A stretch of 64,000 nt of DNA from Octopus sinensis. Lineage: Eukaryota. Positions 39,601 to 51,720 of this stretch are shown here, one piece after another; position 1 is the first letter of the stretch, and the number at the start of each line of letters is the position of its first letter. The translations under genes and the position numbers were made by a program. The notes under the pieces are model-generated. The model searched no databases, had not been told where the DNA came from, and worked only from the letters and a program-made list of their open reading frames with translations. The stretch spans positions 149,358,001 through 149,422,000 of the forward strand of contig NC_043000.1 in the NCBI RefSeq assembly GCF_006345805.1, written 5' to 3'.

Positions 39601-39870
39601 AGAAAACAGAAACAATTCCTATCATAGTAGGTGCATTAGGCATGATAAAAAAATATTCAGACAAATACATAACAAAAACACCAGGACTTACAAACACATA
39701 TAACATACAGAAAATTGCACTACTAGGCACTGCACACATCCTACGCAGAACACTTTCCATACAATAGCCATCAGAGCATCACAACAAATCACAGCACATA
39801 CCCAAGGCACACACAGCTGCGCTCGGTAGTGAAGTGAAAGCACGCTATAAAAATAAAACTACTGAATAGT
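39601..39870 (+). mobile_element. Second R4/Dong-type 3' fragment embedded in (TAA)n
   Basis: ETIPIIVGALG...IQKIALLGTAHILRRTL, with TAA repeats on both sides. Confidence 0.8.
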
Positions 39871-39934
39871 AATAATAATAATAATAACAATAATAATAGC
39901 AACAACAACAACAACAACAATAATGATGATAATT

Positions 39935-40130
39935 TTTCTAATTATATCACAAGATCAGCAAATTTGAGGGGAAGGAGCTAGTCAATTACATCAAATCCAG
40001 TACTTGACTAGTACTTTATTTTATCCCTCTAAAGATGAAAGATAAAGTTGTCCTCAGCAGGACGTAAAGAGCTACAACGTAAAGAGCTACAACAAATGCT
40101 ATTGATGATTCTGCCAGCTAGCCACCTTAA
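39935..40130 (-). mobile_element. Degenerate Nin-domain SINE
   Basis: Similar to 37843-38059. Confidence 0.6.
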
Positions 40131-40225
40131 TAATTATAGTAACAGTTATAACTAGCTGGAACCGTAGATATTCCATGGAGTAGGCAAGCTCTGCAACTTT
40201 CTTATTGCATTTTATATTTGAAATA

Positions 40226-40791
40226 CAGTTGAGGCCAAAATGTTCAGAACGGCATTGTTTTCGTCAGAAAAGTAGATATAATTTTTTTATCAAAGTTGTT
40301 TTATTCTCTATAATTTTCACAGACAATAAATACGATATTATTAACTTGTTAACAATCTTTGCAATAGATCCAATACTTAAATTATCCTTCCTTCGAAGCT
40401 TAATAATCTGCTGACGAATTGGTAACGGAGTAAGTGGCATTATATTAACAAAGTACACTGCAAATATTCTTACTAATGTTTAGTAAACGAACCGTCACGT
40501 AAACAAATTCAAAACATTAGAGTTCACCGGTTAAATATACTAAAACACGGAGTAAAAGCCGCCACGGGTTTTGCCGCCACGGGTTTTGCCGCCACGGGTT
40601 TTGCAGTAAATCAATAAATCATCCATAACGTTTGTATTATCCTCTCAAATTACACCAAAATCTCAGACAATAACAAATAATATTGTATTTATTGTCTGTG
40701 AAAATTATAGAATATGAAACAACTTTGATAAAAACTTATACCTACTTTTCTGACGAAAACAATGCCGTTCTGAACATTTTGGCCGCAACTG
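40226..40791. mobile_element. Tc1/mariner-type MITE with ~100-bp TIRs and an internal 15-bp triplicate (gccgccacgggtttt)
   Basis: cagttgaggccaaaatgttcagaacggc... / ...gccgttctgaacattttggccgcaactg, with TA flanks. Confidence 0.88.
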
Positions 40792-41076
40792 TATATAAAT
40801 ACAGAAATAGCTCAAACTGAAAGAATTATTTCAATGCAGTGCAACATATGAATTGCAGCAACATTTTCTGGTTTGTAGTAGATTTTTGGTGAAAAATTGT
40901 TCATGAAGTTTCACTGTGGTTAGATCAATTTCATGGATCTCTTGTGAAATGTGACTGTTCATATTGAACAATAAAACATGATAGAAATCTTTTAACTTTT
41001 ACTCTGCTTCAGTCATTAGACTGTGGCCATGCTAGGACACTATCTTGAAGGATTTTTAGCCGAATGAATTGATCTC

Positions 41077-41478
41077 TCTCTCTTTTTACCCTTTTACTTG
41101 TTTCAGTCATTTGACTGCGGCCATGCTGGAGCACTGCCTTTTTTAATCGAGCAACTCGACCCCGGGACTTATTCTTTTGTAAGCCCAGTATTTATTCTAT
41201 CGGTCTCTTTTGCTGAACCGCTAAGTAACGGGGACATAAACACACCAGCATCGGTTGTAAAGCAATGCTAGAGGACAAACACAGACACACAAACACACAC
41301 ACGCATATATATATATACATATATACGACGGGCTTCTTTCAGTTTCCGTCTACGAAATCCACTCACAAGGCTTTGGTCGGCCCAAGGCTATAGCAGAAGA
41401 CACTTGCCATGGTGCCACGCAGTGGGACTGAACTCGGAACCATGTGGTTGGTAGACAAGCTACTTACCACACAGCCAT
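41077..41478 (-). mobile_element. SINE family A inserted into an older SINE, flanked by a ~117-bp direct duplication
   Basis: 40958-41076 is repeated at 41478-41594. Confidence 0.85.
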
Positions 41479-41514
41479 TCACATTGAACAATAAACATGA
41501 TAGAAATCTTTTAA

Positions 41515-41678
41515 CTTTTACTTGCTTCAGTCATTAGACTGTGGCCATGCTAGGACACTATCTTGAAGAATTTCTAGCTGAATGAATTGATCTCAGAACT
41601 TATTCTATTGGACTCTTTTGAACCACGAAGTTACATGGATGTAAACACCAACATTTGTTGTCAAGTGGAGGTGGGGGA

Positions 41679-41715
<37 letters not shown>

Positions 41716-41875
41716 CTTTCAGTTTCTTTCTATAAAATCCACTTACAAGGCTATGGTCAGCCTGAAGCAAGCTATAGCAGAAGACACTTGCTCTGAGGTT
41801 CCACATAGTAAGACTGAATCTGGAACCATCTGGCTGGGTAGCAAGCTTCTTACCACACAGCCATACCTGCACCTA
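41515..41875 (-). mobile_element. Older, diverged SINE family A
   Basis: Diverged head and tail. Confidence 0.75.
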
Positions 41876-42931
41876 TAAACATTTGCTTTTCTGAATAACC
41901 TTGATATATAAGCATGAAGGTGTTTTGATTTACTGTTGACATATCTTTTCAGTGTTACATGTACAACATTTCATCTATTTGGCCACGTAGCTATCATATC
42001 TGTTAAAACAAAGTTGTTAAGTTCACTCTCTGTTCACATATCCTGTTCTTCCATCTCAGATTAAGAATAGAGAAAATATATTGATTTGATTGTGTCTGGG
42101 GGGAGTCATTTTCTTTTTGTGCCATACTATGTAACACACTCACTGGTAAAATTTCCACGTTTTTTAAAATTTTTATTGTCCTAAAATTGTCGTTGCATCT
42201 TGCAACCTTTTCAATAGTTTTGACTATAGTCACTAGTCAAAACTATTCAAAAGGTTGCAATAGTCAAAGTGTGTGTTACATAATAAGGCACAAAAAGAAA
42301 ATGACTCTCCCCAGACACAATAGAATATGCTTCAACACACAAACTCATATAAAGAATCTTGCAAACCAAATCCAAAAACGAAATATTGATTTGAGATATA
42401 TGTTATTATATACCCACAGTTTAGAAAATAAAACTTTTCAATTAATCTTCCTCTAACTTCATTTTGCACCTTATACATGAATTAATATTATTACTATATC
42501 ATTCATTAACATCTTCCATCACATCTTGGCCGTTACATACTATCATCAGTTAATTCTAATTATTGCTTTTCCTTGTTGATTCTGTTTAGATTGATATAAG
42601 TCATATCAAAGTTCATTATCTATTGTTGTTATTGACGTCACAGAAGGGTGATAGTATTTTATACTAACTGAAATTTTCTTAGATATAAATATTTCCTTAT
42701 GATATTAATTATGATAGTGCCTGTATATATTTGTTAAAAAGATTTCCTTCTTTCATTTAGGCCAAATGATTCACTCAATCTTATAATTTTATTTGTAGTC
42801 ACTTGTTTTATAATATATATATTGTGATTTTCAGTGATATGAATATGACACTATAAAGATATGACTTATTTTGAATTGTTTTCCTTGAATATCCTATCTT
42901 AATATAATTATATCTATTATTTATTTAACAG

Positions 42932-43867
42932 GATCCTCAGACAAAATTAATAAATGACTTGAATATAACATTCACAACACCAAGCATCATTCAAAATTCT
43001 ACAGAAATATCCTCAATTCAGGGAGACATTTTCTCTTTTAAAAAGGAACTTCCAAAGAATACCATGAACCTTTCCAATGAAATCTCAGTATTGACTGCAT
43101 ATTTCAATTTAGGATCCTTTGCAAAAGGCAGTCCTGGACATCAGTATACCCCAAATATCTATTACAAATGGATGTCTGTATTTGGCAACTTGACTAACAA
43201 TTTAATTGTTTATACAGATGATAAAATTGCATACAAATATTTCCAAAAATTAAGGGAAAAGTTTCCTAAAGAGCGAACCAAAATATTTCTGATAAACAAG
43301 AAAGAATTGTGGTCATTTCAGATAGAAAAAAATATTTCTCAAATATATAAACAACCTGGTTACCCAAAATATCTTCCCAATACTGTTGTGCCTGGGTATT
43401 CTTGTGCCATGCATGCAAAATTTGAACTTCTTAATCGGGTTATAAGAAAGAACTATTTTCATACTAAATACTTTATGTGGTTAGATATTGGACTTTTTCG
43501 AAGTCTCCGTAATGATTCTAAATTTAAATTGAGAGTACCTACAGATTTTAATGAAGCTAAAGTTGCTTACAGCTATGTATATGATTTTAAAAAGGATGTA
43601 ACATATAAAGACATTATTTATCACAACATGGTGTGGGTAGGAGGTGCCAGCAATCTTGGTAAATATGATGTTTTGTACAAATTTACTCAAGAGTATTTGA
43701 ACTTCCTTAACAAGTCTTTGTCCATAAAACTAATAAGTACAGATCAACAGATATTATATGGAATGTATGTGGACAAACATAAACCAGAAACAAAGCTTCA
43801 ACTTTATAAATCAGGTTGGTTTAAATTGGGTTATGTATGTTATACAGTTGAAAAGACACCAACCTGA
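42932..43867 (+). CDS. Coding exon 3: HtrL/YibB (WlaTC)-like putative glycosyltransferase domain; full protein 360 aa
   Basis: Acceptor ttaacag| in phase 0 and an uninterrupted 311-codon frame. Motifs VLTAYFNLG, NLIVYTD, Y..AMHAKF, YFMWLDIG, WVGGA, TDQQIL and GWFKL are colinear with E. coli HtrL motifs as I recall them (ITAYFDIG, WIDFG, IGG, DDQ, WF). Confidence 0.85.
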   Translation, partial: DPQTKLINDLNITFTTPSIIQNSTEISSIQGDIFSFKKELPKNTMNLSNEISVLTAYFNLGSFAKGSPGHQYTPNIYYKWMSVFGNLTNNLIVYTDDKIAYKYFQKLREKFPKERTKIFLINKKELWSFQIEKNISQIYKQPGYPKYLPNTVVPGYSCAMHAKFELLNRVIRKNYFHTKYFMWLDIGLFRSLRNDSKFKLRVPTDFNEAKVAYSYVYDFKKDVTYKDIIYHNMVWVGGASNLGKYDVLYKFTQEYLNFLNKSLSIKLISTDQQILYGMYVDKHKPETKLQLYKSGWFKLGYVCYTVEKTPT

Positions 43868-44034
43868 TGTGTACATACATGTGTATAAAATAATCTGAAG
43901 ATATCAACATCTTGTTCACACACACACACACGCACACAATTTATCTTCCACTTGGGGCATAAATCACCTTTGTTCAGCATTCTTGTTTTTACAGCTTTGT
44001 TCTTTCACATTTCCTCTCTGTCTCTCTATCTCTG

Positions 44035-44088
<54 letters not shown>

Positions 44089-44089
44089 C

Positions 44090-44421
44090 GTTGGGCCTCA
44101 CTGAGGCAAAGTGGCTCAGTTCCTTTCGAGTGATGGGTCTCACGGAGGCAATGACTTTTGGCATTATGTTGTGCTTGAGAAGAAAACCCATCAAGCCAAA
44201 CAAAATCGCAGTCATGGCAGATACTGGTGTCATGCAAATGGCACCCATTACACTCTCGGAGTGGTTGGCATTAGGAAGGGCATCCAGCCATAGAAAACCA
44301 TGCTAAATTAGACTGGAGTCTGGTTGCAGCCTTCCAGCTTACCAGCCCCAGTCAAACCGTCCAGCCCATGCCAGCATGGACAGCAGACGTTAAATGATGA
44401 TGATGATGATGATGATGATGA
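44090..44421 (+). mobile_element. RTE-type 3' end fragment
   Basis: Ends in ggaagggcatccagc...gacgttaaa(tga)n. Confidence 0.8.
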
Positions 44422-45146
44422 TATATAATGAAGACTAAGATTGAAAAATCTTTGAAATATATGGGAGTGAAAAACAGAAGGTAGTCAGAATGACAGCTTG
44501 TACTTTACCCTATATATCAATATTTCAAGGTTAATATCTCTCATCTGGAGAAAATGCAAGATGCTGTTCAACTGGTATTCTTTGCTCATATGTATTGGGA
44601 AGAGGTTGGGGCTTGAGACCTGCATTGAACAATCTGTCTTGTATAACTCTAGTTTTGTCAGAAGTACCATCTGAAGGCTACATATCAGTATCAAGGAACA
44701 TATGCAGACAAACACGTCATTCAAAAAAAGCACCTGGAAAAATGCCACACTCAGATCTTCACAGTTACAACAGAGCATAATACTGGTAATTTGAGGATCA
44801 AAGAAGTCCCTCATTAATAAAATTAAATTATTGATCAATAAAAATGAGTTACAAGTGGTAGATTGGTTGTTGTAACAATACCTACCATTCTGCACATATC
44901 ACAAACCATCTTCCCATACATTGGAGCAAAAGATACCAGCTGACATCAACCTCTATTTTTTTCCCTGATAAAGAGGTATTAAGCCCAAAATATAGAAATA
45001 TGAAATAAAGGGCAAACTATTTTTCAATCTTTTTTATTTGTTTTCGCTCCAATATTTCAATTTGCATGACATTAGTTCTTAAACAATTTCAGTCTTAATT
45101 TTAAATATCACAGTGTTTCACTCAGAACTATATATGTGATATATCC

Positions 45147-45228
45147 ATAAAAAGACAGTGTCTTTGATGTTTGTTATTGTTTTATATATATATAACAATT
45201 ACAAACATCAAAAACTATCTCTTTTTAT
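45147..45228. repeat. Imperfect hairpin
   Basis: ataaaaagacag...gatgtttgttattgtt / aacaattacaaacatc...ctctttttat. Confidence 0.65.
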
Positions 45229-46310
45229 AGAGTCAAACTAATACATTCCATGTGCACATTCTCTTGTTTGCTATTGTTAATTTTAATGATCATTTATTTG
45301 ATTTGACTATGTGCGTGTGTATTTCATGTTATACTTAGAAGCAATGCACATATGCAGAATCTCCAACTTGAGTTGAAGGGAACAAACCATTCCAAATTTT
45401 TGTTATAGTATTTGTGTGGATGAAGCTGGGACTGACCAGATTGTACTGGCATAGAATCATATGATGTATAATAATGAAGTCAGATTGAATAATGATATTT
45501 TGAATGCATTTAGTACATAGATTTCAGATTATTGTGTTATAGACAAAAAGGGAATTTTGTGTCATGCACAAAATCTTCCTCAATTAAGACATATCAAAAT
45601 ATAGAAATATATGGCTTAACTGAGGAAAATTTTGCTTAAGAGATGGAATTCCTTTCTTATCTGTTGCACAGTTATCTGAAATGTACTTATTAAAACATTC
45701 GAAACATCACTACCCAGTTTGACTTCATTTTATATATCATCATCATCATATCATCATATATATATATATATATATTAATGTTTTTTTTTTATGTTCAGTT
45801 ATAATAAAAACAATTTTACATTAATCTGACGGGTTACTCTATACTTTTGAAGAGTACAAATTTATTATTCATATACAAGAATGTTGACAGTAACCTCAAA
45901 GTTTCTGCCAGCTAAGCCATCATCAGACTGCGATGCCTTGGAGTTAATTTTGCCTTTATATAGTCTCTGTTGAGTTAAGAATCATCTTTGGGTGTGTGGG
46001 TTTGAGTGAGGTTATAATTAGGTTTTTATGAAAAGGTGTTTTGGAAAAAATTTTATTGATTAAATTTGGGGTTATGTTACATTTTAGAATTTATTAATGC
46101 ATGTAGAACTTTCTAAACAAGCCTATTGATGTTTCTTTTTGTTAGGTAGGTACTAGGTATTACATTATTTTTGTTGCTTTTGGTATTATTAGATATAATC
46201 TTTTTGCTTTGACAATATGAAGGTCAAAAGTACTAAGTCCAGTATTTAAGCCCTTAGTAATTGAGTGTTTCAACTTTATATATATATATATATATATATA
46301 TTAAAATATA

Positions 46311-47196
46311 TGCGATCTGATCAATAAGTATCCGGACTGTTACCGTAATAACGAAGCATGCAGATTGAAGCCACTTTGCAGAGATTGACTGTGAATTCTG
46401 CTGTGCATGCACACTAAATTTTAACGTTCTAGTTCACTTCTGCTGTTTACAGCAGTGCTTGGAAGGAAGGTGTGTAGTGTGTGATCATAGCATTGACCAT
46501 GACAAAGAAAGTTGTCAAGGTGATACCTGCTCAGAGGCCCACACAAAGTTGGCAGAAAGTGTATGGAGAGGAGTGTATGAGCTGCACACAAGTGTCCAAG
46601 TAGTTCAGACATTTCCAAGATGGCCAAAAAATGTCAATATTGAATGTTCTGGGAGACCCGCAACCAGCAGAACTGAGAAAACCATTGCAGATATGCATGC
46701 AATTGAGAGAGGAAATTGTCGAATCTCCATCCATGAGTTATCAGAGGATGTGTAGATTAGTTATGGTTCAGTTCAGTCCATCAACCCTGAAAATTTGGGT
46801 ATGGGATGTGTGTCTGCCAAGTTTGTGCCAACACTGCTTTCAGCTGACCAAGAAAGCACTTGGGTTTGAGTTGCACAAAATCTCCTTCATTGTATCGAGA
46901 ACGATGAAAACTTTTTGAAAACTTTGCATAGGCCCCTGAGCACGTATCACCAAGCTTTAGGCAAAATTTGAGGCAGATTCTCTACTCAACTTTCTCTGTC
47001 ATGGTGAATGTGATGGTCACACGCTACACACGTTCCTTCCAAGCACTGCTGTACACAGCGGAAGTGAGCGAGAATATTAAAACTTAGTGCACATGCACAT
47101 CAGAGTTTAAGGTCAATGTGTGCCGAGTGGCTTTACCCTGCATGCTTTAGCTTTCTTACTATGGCAACAGTTTGCATACCTTTTGATCAGACCATG
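46311..47196 (+). mobile_element. Non-autonomous mariner derivative with long (~180-bp) imperfect TIRs
   Basis: tctgatcaataagtat / ataccttttgatcaga, plus inner IR 46403-46487 vs 47014-47098. Transposase HTH remnant SGRPATS. Confidence 0.75.
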
Positions 47197-47819
47197 TATA
47201 TATATATATGTATGTGTGTGTGTGTGTGTATGCCCAACAAGAAACTTTCCTACATATATTATCAGACTTGTCACACATCCTCCCCCATAGTGTTTAAAAG
47301 CCTGATAGTCAGCATTTGTGGTTTTAATAATGAATTCACAATCCCTCATGTAATAACACAAATAACAAGAACAGATCTAAAAGTAAACTTAGGAGAATAA
47401 TTTGGTTCATTCCTGCCACTTCCCTAGACAAATATTTTCCCATAATTAACAGGTACACAAATAGACTCAACAGGGGTTCAATCAAATTATCATATATATA
47501 GCTGCTGCCCCATCATCAAGGGCCTACTCTCAGTTGTAACTGTCAAGATACAGGAGCTTGTCCACTTGCTTGCGTGATGGCACTTGCGTGTTATAAAATG
47601 CTGAGTTGTTTTTATAGCATGAAATTATTAGTAGGTCATAAAAATATACACTGTGGTTATTAAATAACATTTATCTCACACCAGATGGAATACCTTTTTC
47701 TTGATCTTACCTTCACGGTGCAGTATACTGTATATAAATACACACACACACACATATACCATCCCAGCATGGAAGGGAGATATTAAAGGAAGATGATATA
47801 TATATGTATCATATATACC

Positions 47820-47977
47820 AACTTTCTGGGTTCTTTTACAGGGCTTAGAACGAATGAAGGACTGCTGTAATAAATGTGTGAATCTGAGAGGGGATTATGT
47901 TGTGTAAAATCCTAATTAACTGATCCTCCAGTTTTTTTCTTTTAACCAAAGCCAGGAACTTTTCAGCACCTCCTTGT
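47820..47977 (+). mobile_element. mariner 3'-end fragment
   Basis: KCV.L.GDY-like transposase end followed by a TIR-like aacttttcagcacctccttgta. Confidence 0.5.
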
Positions 47978-48932
47978 ATATGACACACTCACACACACAC
48001 ACACACAAAAGATGTTAGGGAACTAATAACTGCAAGTTGATTCCTCAGTCAGCACTCCTGCAAATAGTGGCTAATAGAATGTCTAGAAGTGGACACCATT
48101 CCTTAAAGGAAATCCTTGACACAGACTGAAATTCTAAATATAATTAATTAGTCACAGAGTATAATACCTTATGTCCAAGAGTGAAATTTTTGATATACTT
48201 ATTAAAAATTCTGTTCTTGGATTTTATATTCTTTTAATGTTTACTCTCTACCATCGGAACAAAACAAATTGCCTTTGTTTTTTTTGCCTTACTTATCTTT
48301 TAAAAAAACAAAAACAAAAAACAAAAAAGCAACAAAATTTATGCATTCTAATCTTGTTTCACATGAATATATCTAAAAATTTTCAACCGTTTTTTTTTTC
48401 TTCTTCTAATTGTTATTATTACTGTTGCTACTCTAAACCTTACAACACATTTTCTTCCTATCTCTTTCCATTTTCTTTCTCATTTTACAATGTCAGCTGT
48501 CTGTCAAATTGTTCACAATACTTACTGAATTTTGATTTGATAATATTGTTTTTCATATTGCTAACACATTTTGTTTAACTCTTGTTAAGAATGCCAAGTA
48601 TTTTCATAGCTTTTTTTTTACATAACAGATTTATACATATCACTATTTTGTACATTAATAAATATATTATTATTTTAGCTTTGTTCTTATTCTCTTTTAT
48701 TTCATGTTTTTTTTTCTTTTCAATCCATTTATTTCATTCTTTTCTTGTTGTTTTATACATTTTAACCCTGTTAATTGTAATGCTTATTTATTCACATTAT
48801 TTTAATTAATCATCTATTATCTAGCAGCTTCTACATTTTGATGATGTAATTGTTTAATTTTAGAATGACATCATAGGTAGGAGTAAAACGATGGTTTCGA
48901 CCAGTTTTAACCTAAAACAGGTAGAATATTTT

Positions 48933-49460
48933 GATTGGATATTGGTTGGATACTGGCTGGATATTGGCTGGATATTGGCTGGATATTGGCTGGATATTGG
49001 TTGGATATTGGCTGGATATTGGTTGGATATTGGCTGGATACTGGCTGGATATTGGCTGGATATTGGCTGGATACTGGCTGGATATTGGTTGGATATTGGC
49101 TGGATATTGGTTGGATATTGGCTGGATATTGGTTGGATATTGGTTGGATATTGGCTGGATATTGGTTGGATATTGGCTGGATACTGGCTGGATATTGGCT
49201 GGATATTGGCTGGATATTGGTTGGATATTGGCTGGATATTGGCTGGATATTGGTTGGATATTGGCTGGATATTGGCTGGATATTGGTTGGATATTGGCTG
49301 GATATTGGCTGGATATTGGTTGGATATTGGCTGGATATTGGTTGGATATTGGCTGGATATTGGCTGGATATTGGTTGGATATTGGCTGGATATTGGCTGG
49401 ATATTGGTTGGATATTGGCTGGATATTGGCTGGATATTGGTTGGATATTGGCTGGATATG
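48933..49460. repeat. 11-bp minisatellite (GGATATTGGYT), ~48 units
   Basis: Read directly from the sequence; it produces the 11-aa periodic translations in the ORF track. Confidence 0.95.
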
Positions 49461-49539
49461 GCCAGCTGGAATAGTAAAAGATTAAATATAATCTATTGCA
49501 CACATTTGGCTTTTAAAAATATATTCTTTTGTTTTTTTA

Positions 49540-49905
49540 TTTGCTTCAGTTATTTGACTGCTGCCATGCTGGAGCACCGCCTTGAAGGGTTTTCTTTAGT
49601 TGAACAAATTGACTTCAGGACTTACTTCTTAAGGCTGGTACTTATTCTATCAGTCTCTTTTGTCAAACTGCTAAGTTACAGGGTTGTAAACACACCAACA
49701 CTGGTTGTTAATGCTGATGGAAGGGAGATAAACATATGCACACACACACATGATGGGCTTCTTTCAATTTCCGTCTACCAAATCCACTCACAAGGCTTTG
49801 GTCGGCCTGAGGCTATAGTTGAAGACATTTACTTAAGGTTTCACACAGTGGGATTGAACCTGGAACCATGTGGTTGGGAAGCAAAGTTCTTACCATACAG
49901 CCACA
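49540..49905 (-). mobile_element. Diverged SINE family A
   Basis: Head and tail are recognisable. Confidence 0.8.
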
Positions 49906-50042
49906 ACTAAGTCTCCGGGAATAATTGATATTTTACTTGATTTTTTGACACTAATAAAATGCCATTAACTGATACATGAAATGTACAAATCTTTTTTTAC
50001 ATAAGTAATATTTTTGAAGAGGTGAAGATAACTCGTTTACAC

Positions 50043-50409
50043 TTTTACTCTTTTACTTGCTTCAGTCATTTGACTGTGGTCATGCTGGAGCCCAGGACTT
50101 ATTCTTTGTAAGCCTAGTACTTATTCTATCGGCCTCTTTTGCCAAACCGCTAAGTTACGGGGACGTAAACACCAGCATCGGTTGTCAAGTGATGTTGGGG
50201 GGATAAACACAGACACACAAATATATACACGCACACATACATATATATATACATATATACGACGGGCTTCTTTCAGTTTCAATCTATCAAATCCGCTCAC
50301 AAGGCTTTGGTCGGCCCGAGGCTATAGTAGTGCCCAAGGTGCCATCCAGTTGGAATAAACCCGGAACCATGTGGTTGGTAAGCAAGCTCCTTACCACACA
50401 GCCACTCCT
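50043..50409 (-). mobile_element. SINE family A
   Basis: Head and tail are recognisable, with small deletions. Confidence 0.85.
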
Positions 50410-50429
50410 AGTATTTATAACATGATAGA

Positions 50430-51077
50430 AGGTAAGCATCTAGCAAACAAAGTAAGCAACTCTATTGCAATTCTATGTTCTACCTCTTTCTTTTCACTTA
50501 TATCACCAAAACCTTTGGGAAAAAGCATAGCAGAGACGGGCCACATGTTCAATTCAGACGTTAGGATTGCCTGCACAAACACATACAACAGACCATCAAC
50601 ATCAGCAATGTCGTTGATTGTTCTCTGACGATCCTCATCCACAAGCTGATGAACTTTCTCCACATTTCTGGGGATGATGCTCATGGTAGGCCTCCAGATC
50701 ACTCATCATCTTCCAAGGATGTTCTTCCACCTTTGAAGAGCCCATGCCACTCGAAACATTGAGTACAACCCATTGCCTTGTTGCTGTAAGCTTTCTAATG
50801 CATGTTCACTGTCCATGTAGCAGACTTTTCAACTTTAACGCAAAATTTCTTGTTGGCTCTTTGTTCCAACTTCTTGTCCAAGACAAAATCACAGGCTGCA
50901 GCATATATGTCATCCCAAAAGCACAAATTTCACAACTTTCGAAGTAAACACAGCAATGTCATTCGACACATTGCCTCATAAAGGTCACTTGCTAGCTCTC
51001 ACTGTGCAAGCAACTTTGTGCTGCCATCTGTTGGTGCACTGCAGAACTAGTCTGGGAACATTTTGATACCACCTCAT
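50430..51077 (-). mobile_element. Decayed mariner 5' fragment
   Basis: Translation NVEKVHQLVDEDRQRTINDIA...ILTSELNM, and a TIR-like gaggtggtatcaaaa. Confidence 0.7.
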
Positions 51078-51119
51078 ATAAATATGATAAATGATCATGC
51101 AGTAAGTACACTGGAGACA

Positions 51120-51720
51120 CAGGCAAGTTAACAGAGAAGATAGACTTTGTATGTGGCAGATGCACAGAAGTAAGGAATTCTAAAAACGCATAAGAAATAA
51201 ATGCTCAGGTATTTCACAAAAAGTTATCGATAACTTCTGTTATCTAGGTGATCAGAATAACAACAAGGTGAAGAAAGTTCAGGAGGCTATTACTTCTGTT
51301 AACTACAAAAGGTTTCTTTCTTAGAGTGAACAGCAGACTGTATGATGTTAGTGTATGAGCTGCAGTATTACATGGTAGTGAAATATGGGTCCTGTGAAAA
51401 GTAGAGAACCTATGAAGACTAGAAGGAAATGAAGTAAGCATGCTCTGCAGGATGTGCAGTGTTACTGCACATGATCAATGAGCATTAGAGGAATCTAATG
51501 CAGCATTCAGGAGAAAAATCTGCATTGATTTGGTCATGGGAAGATAGTTGTACAAAGAAGCACTGATTGCTTATAACAGATGGAGTCTGGAAAAGGAAAA
51601 CCCAGGAAGATGTGAGATGAGGTGGTGAAGGCTTTTCTCAGGATGTTGAGATTCACAGAAGAGATGTCAAAGGACCAAGATGACTGGCAATATGCAGTGA
51701 TCAAGAAAACCCACTTGGCT
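51120..51720 (+). mobile_element. Old, highly decayed RTE LINE fragment
   Basis: Remnants of F.YLG, L.GSE.W and GKPRK.W motifs. Confidence 0.6.

Noticed and set aside
42959-43867. Bacterial contaminant or stand-alone single-exon gene
   Set aside because: The ORF track start is TTG, a good splice acceptor precedes it, phase-compatible upstream exons exist, and the flanks are host-type repeats.
48891-49910. 339-aa Trp-rich ORF
   Set aside because: It is a stop-free minisatellite fused to an antisense SINE, with no independent coding evidence.
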